From positions 7,136,001 through 7,200,000 of the forward strand of contig CP086569.2 in NCBI GenBank assembly GCA_009914755.4: a DNA stretch of 64,000 bases. The letters run 5' to 3'. Every line of letters starts with the position of its first letter. Positions within the stretch are counted from its first letter, which is position 1. The notes beneath the pieces were generated by a model. That model worked only from the letters and a program-made list of their open reading frames with translations. It searched no databases and had not been told where the DNA came from. Below are positions 62,648-64,000 of this stretch, one piece after another. The stretch comes from the human T2T-CHM13v2.0 reference genome, Homo sapiens. The translations under genes were made by a program, and so were the position numbers.

Positions 62648-63779
62648 TCATATTCTGAGGGTATTCAAGTTGCCCAAAGTGACACAGTAGAGATAAACTT
62701 GGAAGTCTATCCAGAGGGAATATCTGGCTGAGATATTTTCTCAGGGAAGCCAAGAGAGCCCTACCCAAGGGGAGTCTAAGCTCCCCATCCCAACCTCAAG
62801 AGCTCTACATGGACTCAATCAAGTTAAGCATTCTCAAATGTCAGATGAGGCACTTCCAAGCAAAGTTTCCAGTGGAGGAAGAAAGTGCACATGGAAGGAA
62901 ACCTTTCTATTAGGAGAAAGGTCAGATGCTGATTCCTAAAAGCCTCAAATCACATTCACTACTCTTGTCTTTCTGACCCCTCTACTTCAACCTAACTATG
63001 AGTGAGGTAAGAAGGATTTCCTGAATTGCAAGCATACCTAGCAATTTCCCAGAGAGCAAAAAGCATAATTTCTAATCTCCTCAATCAGAGGAGTGTAAAG
63101 CAATTTTATTTGGTTGTCATTCCTGTGGCTGGGGTCCCAAAAAATTCTGAAGGTGTGGTTCCTTCCCACCATTGTTAGGGAGAAGATATTTGGTGGACGT
63201 ATACTAGAACTCACAACAATTCAGGCATTGTTTCTTTGCAATGCTGAGCTATATATTCCAATATATACATTTTTCCCAAATGCATTCTTTTAAATGTAGT
63301 TGTTTGTCTGATACATGGAAGTCTGCTTAAGCTAAATAACAGACTCATCTCTTCCTTGACAGAAAGCTCTTATTTCCTGCACACACTGGGAAGGTCATTG
63401 CTTCCCTCACTCTTGCTCCTGAATGACATATTTCACCCCATGCAGTAACATCAATGGTAGGACATTTATGGAGGTACCTGCTTATTAATGTGTTGTGTTA
63501 TCATCAACTGGATTCATACAAATGGCCAGATGGCAAAGAGAACGTAAGCCTGCATGACTATTCAAACAGAGCCCAAGACACACCTCTGTGTACCTGGCTA
63601 TTTAGGATCTGACCTAAACAAAGCAAGGATATGAACTTAAGTTTCCACAATGCTTTCCTTACACCTGGGAATATCCAGGATTGACCTCGAATCCTTTGAA
63701 ATCATTCATAATGCACCCCTCAGAGTGCTGAACCCAGATGAAATCTGTGCATGGGGAAGCTCTGATTGAGTACACACTG

Positions 63780-63944
63780 AAGCACATTTCCATAGTAGGA
63801 ATAGTTAGAGAGAGAGATGATGGATAGATAAATAGATAGATGATAGATGAATAGATAGGCGGGTAATAGATTTTATATAGATAGATGATAGCTAGATAAT
63901 GGATAGACATAGGTGACAGATGATAAATACATAGATAAATAGAT

Positions 63945-63994
<50 letters not shown>

Positions 63995-64000
63995 CAGATG
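63780..64000. repeat. GATA/GATG-type tetranucleotide block ending in a pure (GATA)n run that reaches the window edge
   Basis: Direct reading. Confidence 0.9.

Overview
This window reads as primate (human-like) nuclear DNA from a gene-poor, AT-rich region packed with interspersed repeats. It is not a prokaryotic or viral locus. I could not support any intact protein-coding gene, tRNA, rRNA, CRISPR array or operon-like system. No part of the window supports a claim of a novel biological system. Every long ORF in the supplied track falls inside a transposable element or a simple repeat.

What is in the window:
- About 25 Alu elements in both orientations. Three are young and CpG-intact, with clean target-site duplications (TSDs).
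- Many LINE-1 fragments: 3' ends of older families and ORF2 pieces.
- Two longer L1 insertions, each with the 5' inversion produced by twin priming. The one at 41127-43729 is young (L1PA-like) with a perfect 18-bp TSD.
- A nearly complete endogenous retrovirus at 16923-23471, which I assign to HERV-H (LTR7 LTRs). It has a 5-bp TSD (GCTTC), degenerate gag-pro-pol, an env TM remnant, and an Alu inserted in the RNase H region.
- A three-level nested insertion: L1, then an Alu inside it, then a solo LTR inside that Alu.
- Three copies of a hAT-type nonautonomous DNA transposon (MER1-like), two of them with perfect 8-bp TSDs.
- Several MaLR-type LTRs (THE1/MST/MLT1-like).
- Numerous microsatellites and minisatellites: (GT)n, (GA)n, (CAAAA)n, long GATA/GATG blocks, CT-rich and AT-rich blocks, and a minisatellite of about 50-bp period.

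Observations worth follow-up:
- The HERV-H provirus as a possible LTR7-driven lncRNA unit.
- Two young Alu copies sharing the same 12-bp deletion, which may be polymorphic.
- The minisatellite and the GATA block flanked by direct repeats, as candidate VNTRs.
- Small local duplications.
- One short CpG-retaining, stop-free segment with splice-like signals (12070-12330) that could be an unannotated exon or conserved element. This is low confidence.

All family names and coordinates come from reading the sequence and recalling consensus sequences. No database search was run, so boundaries are approximate (about +/-10 bp).
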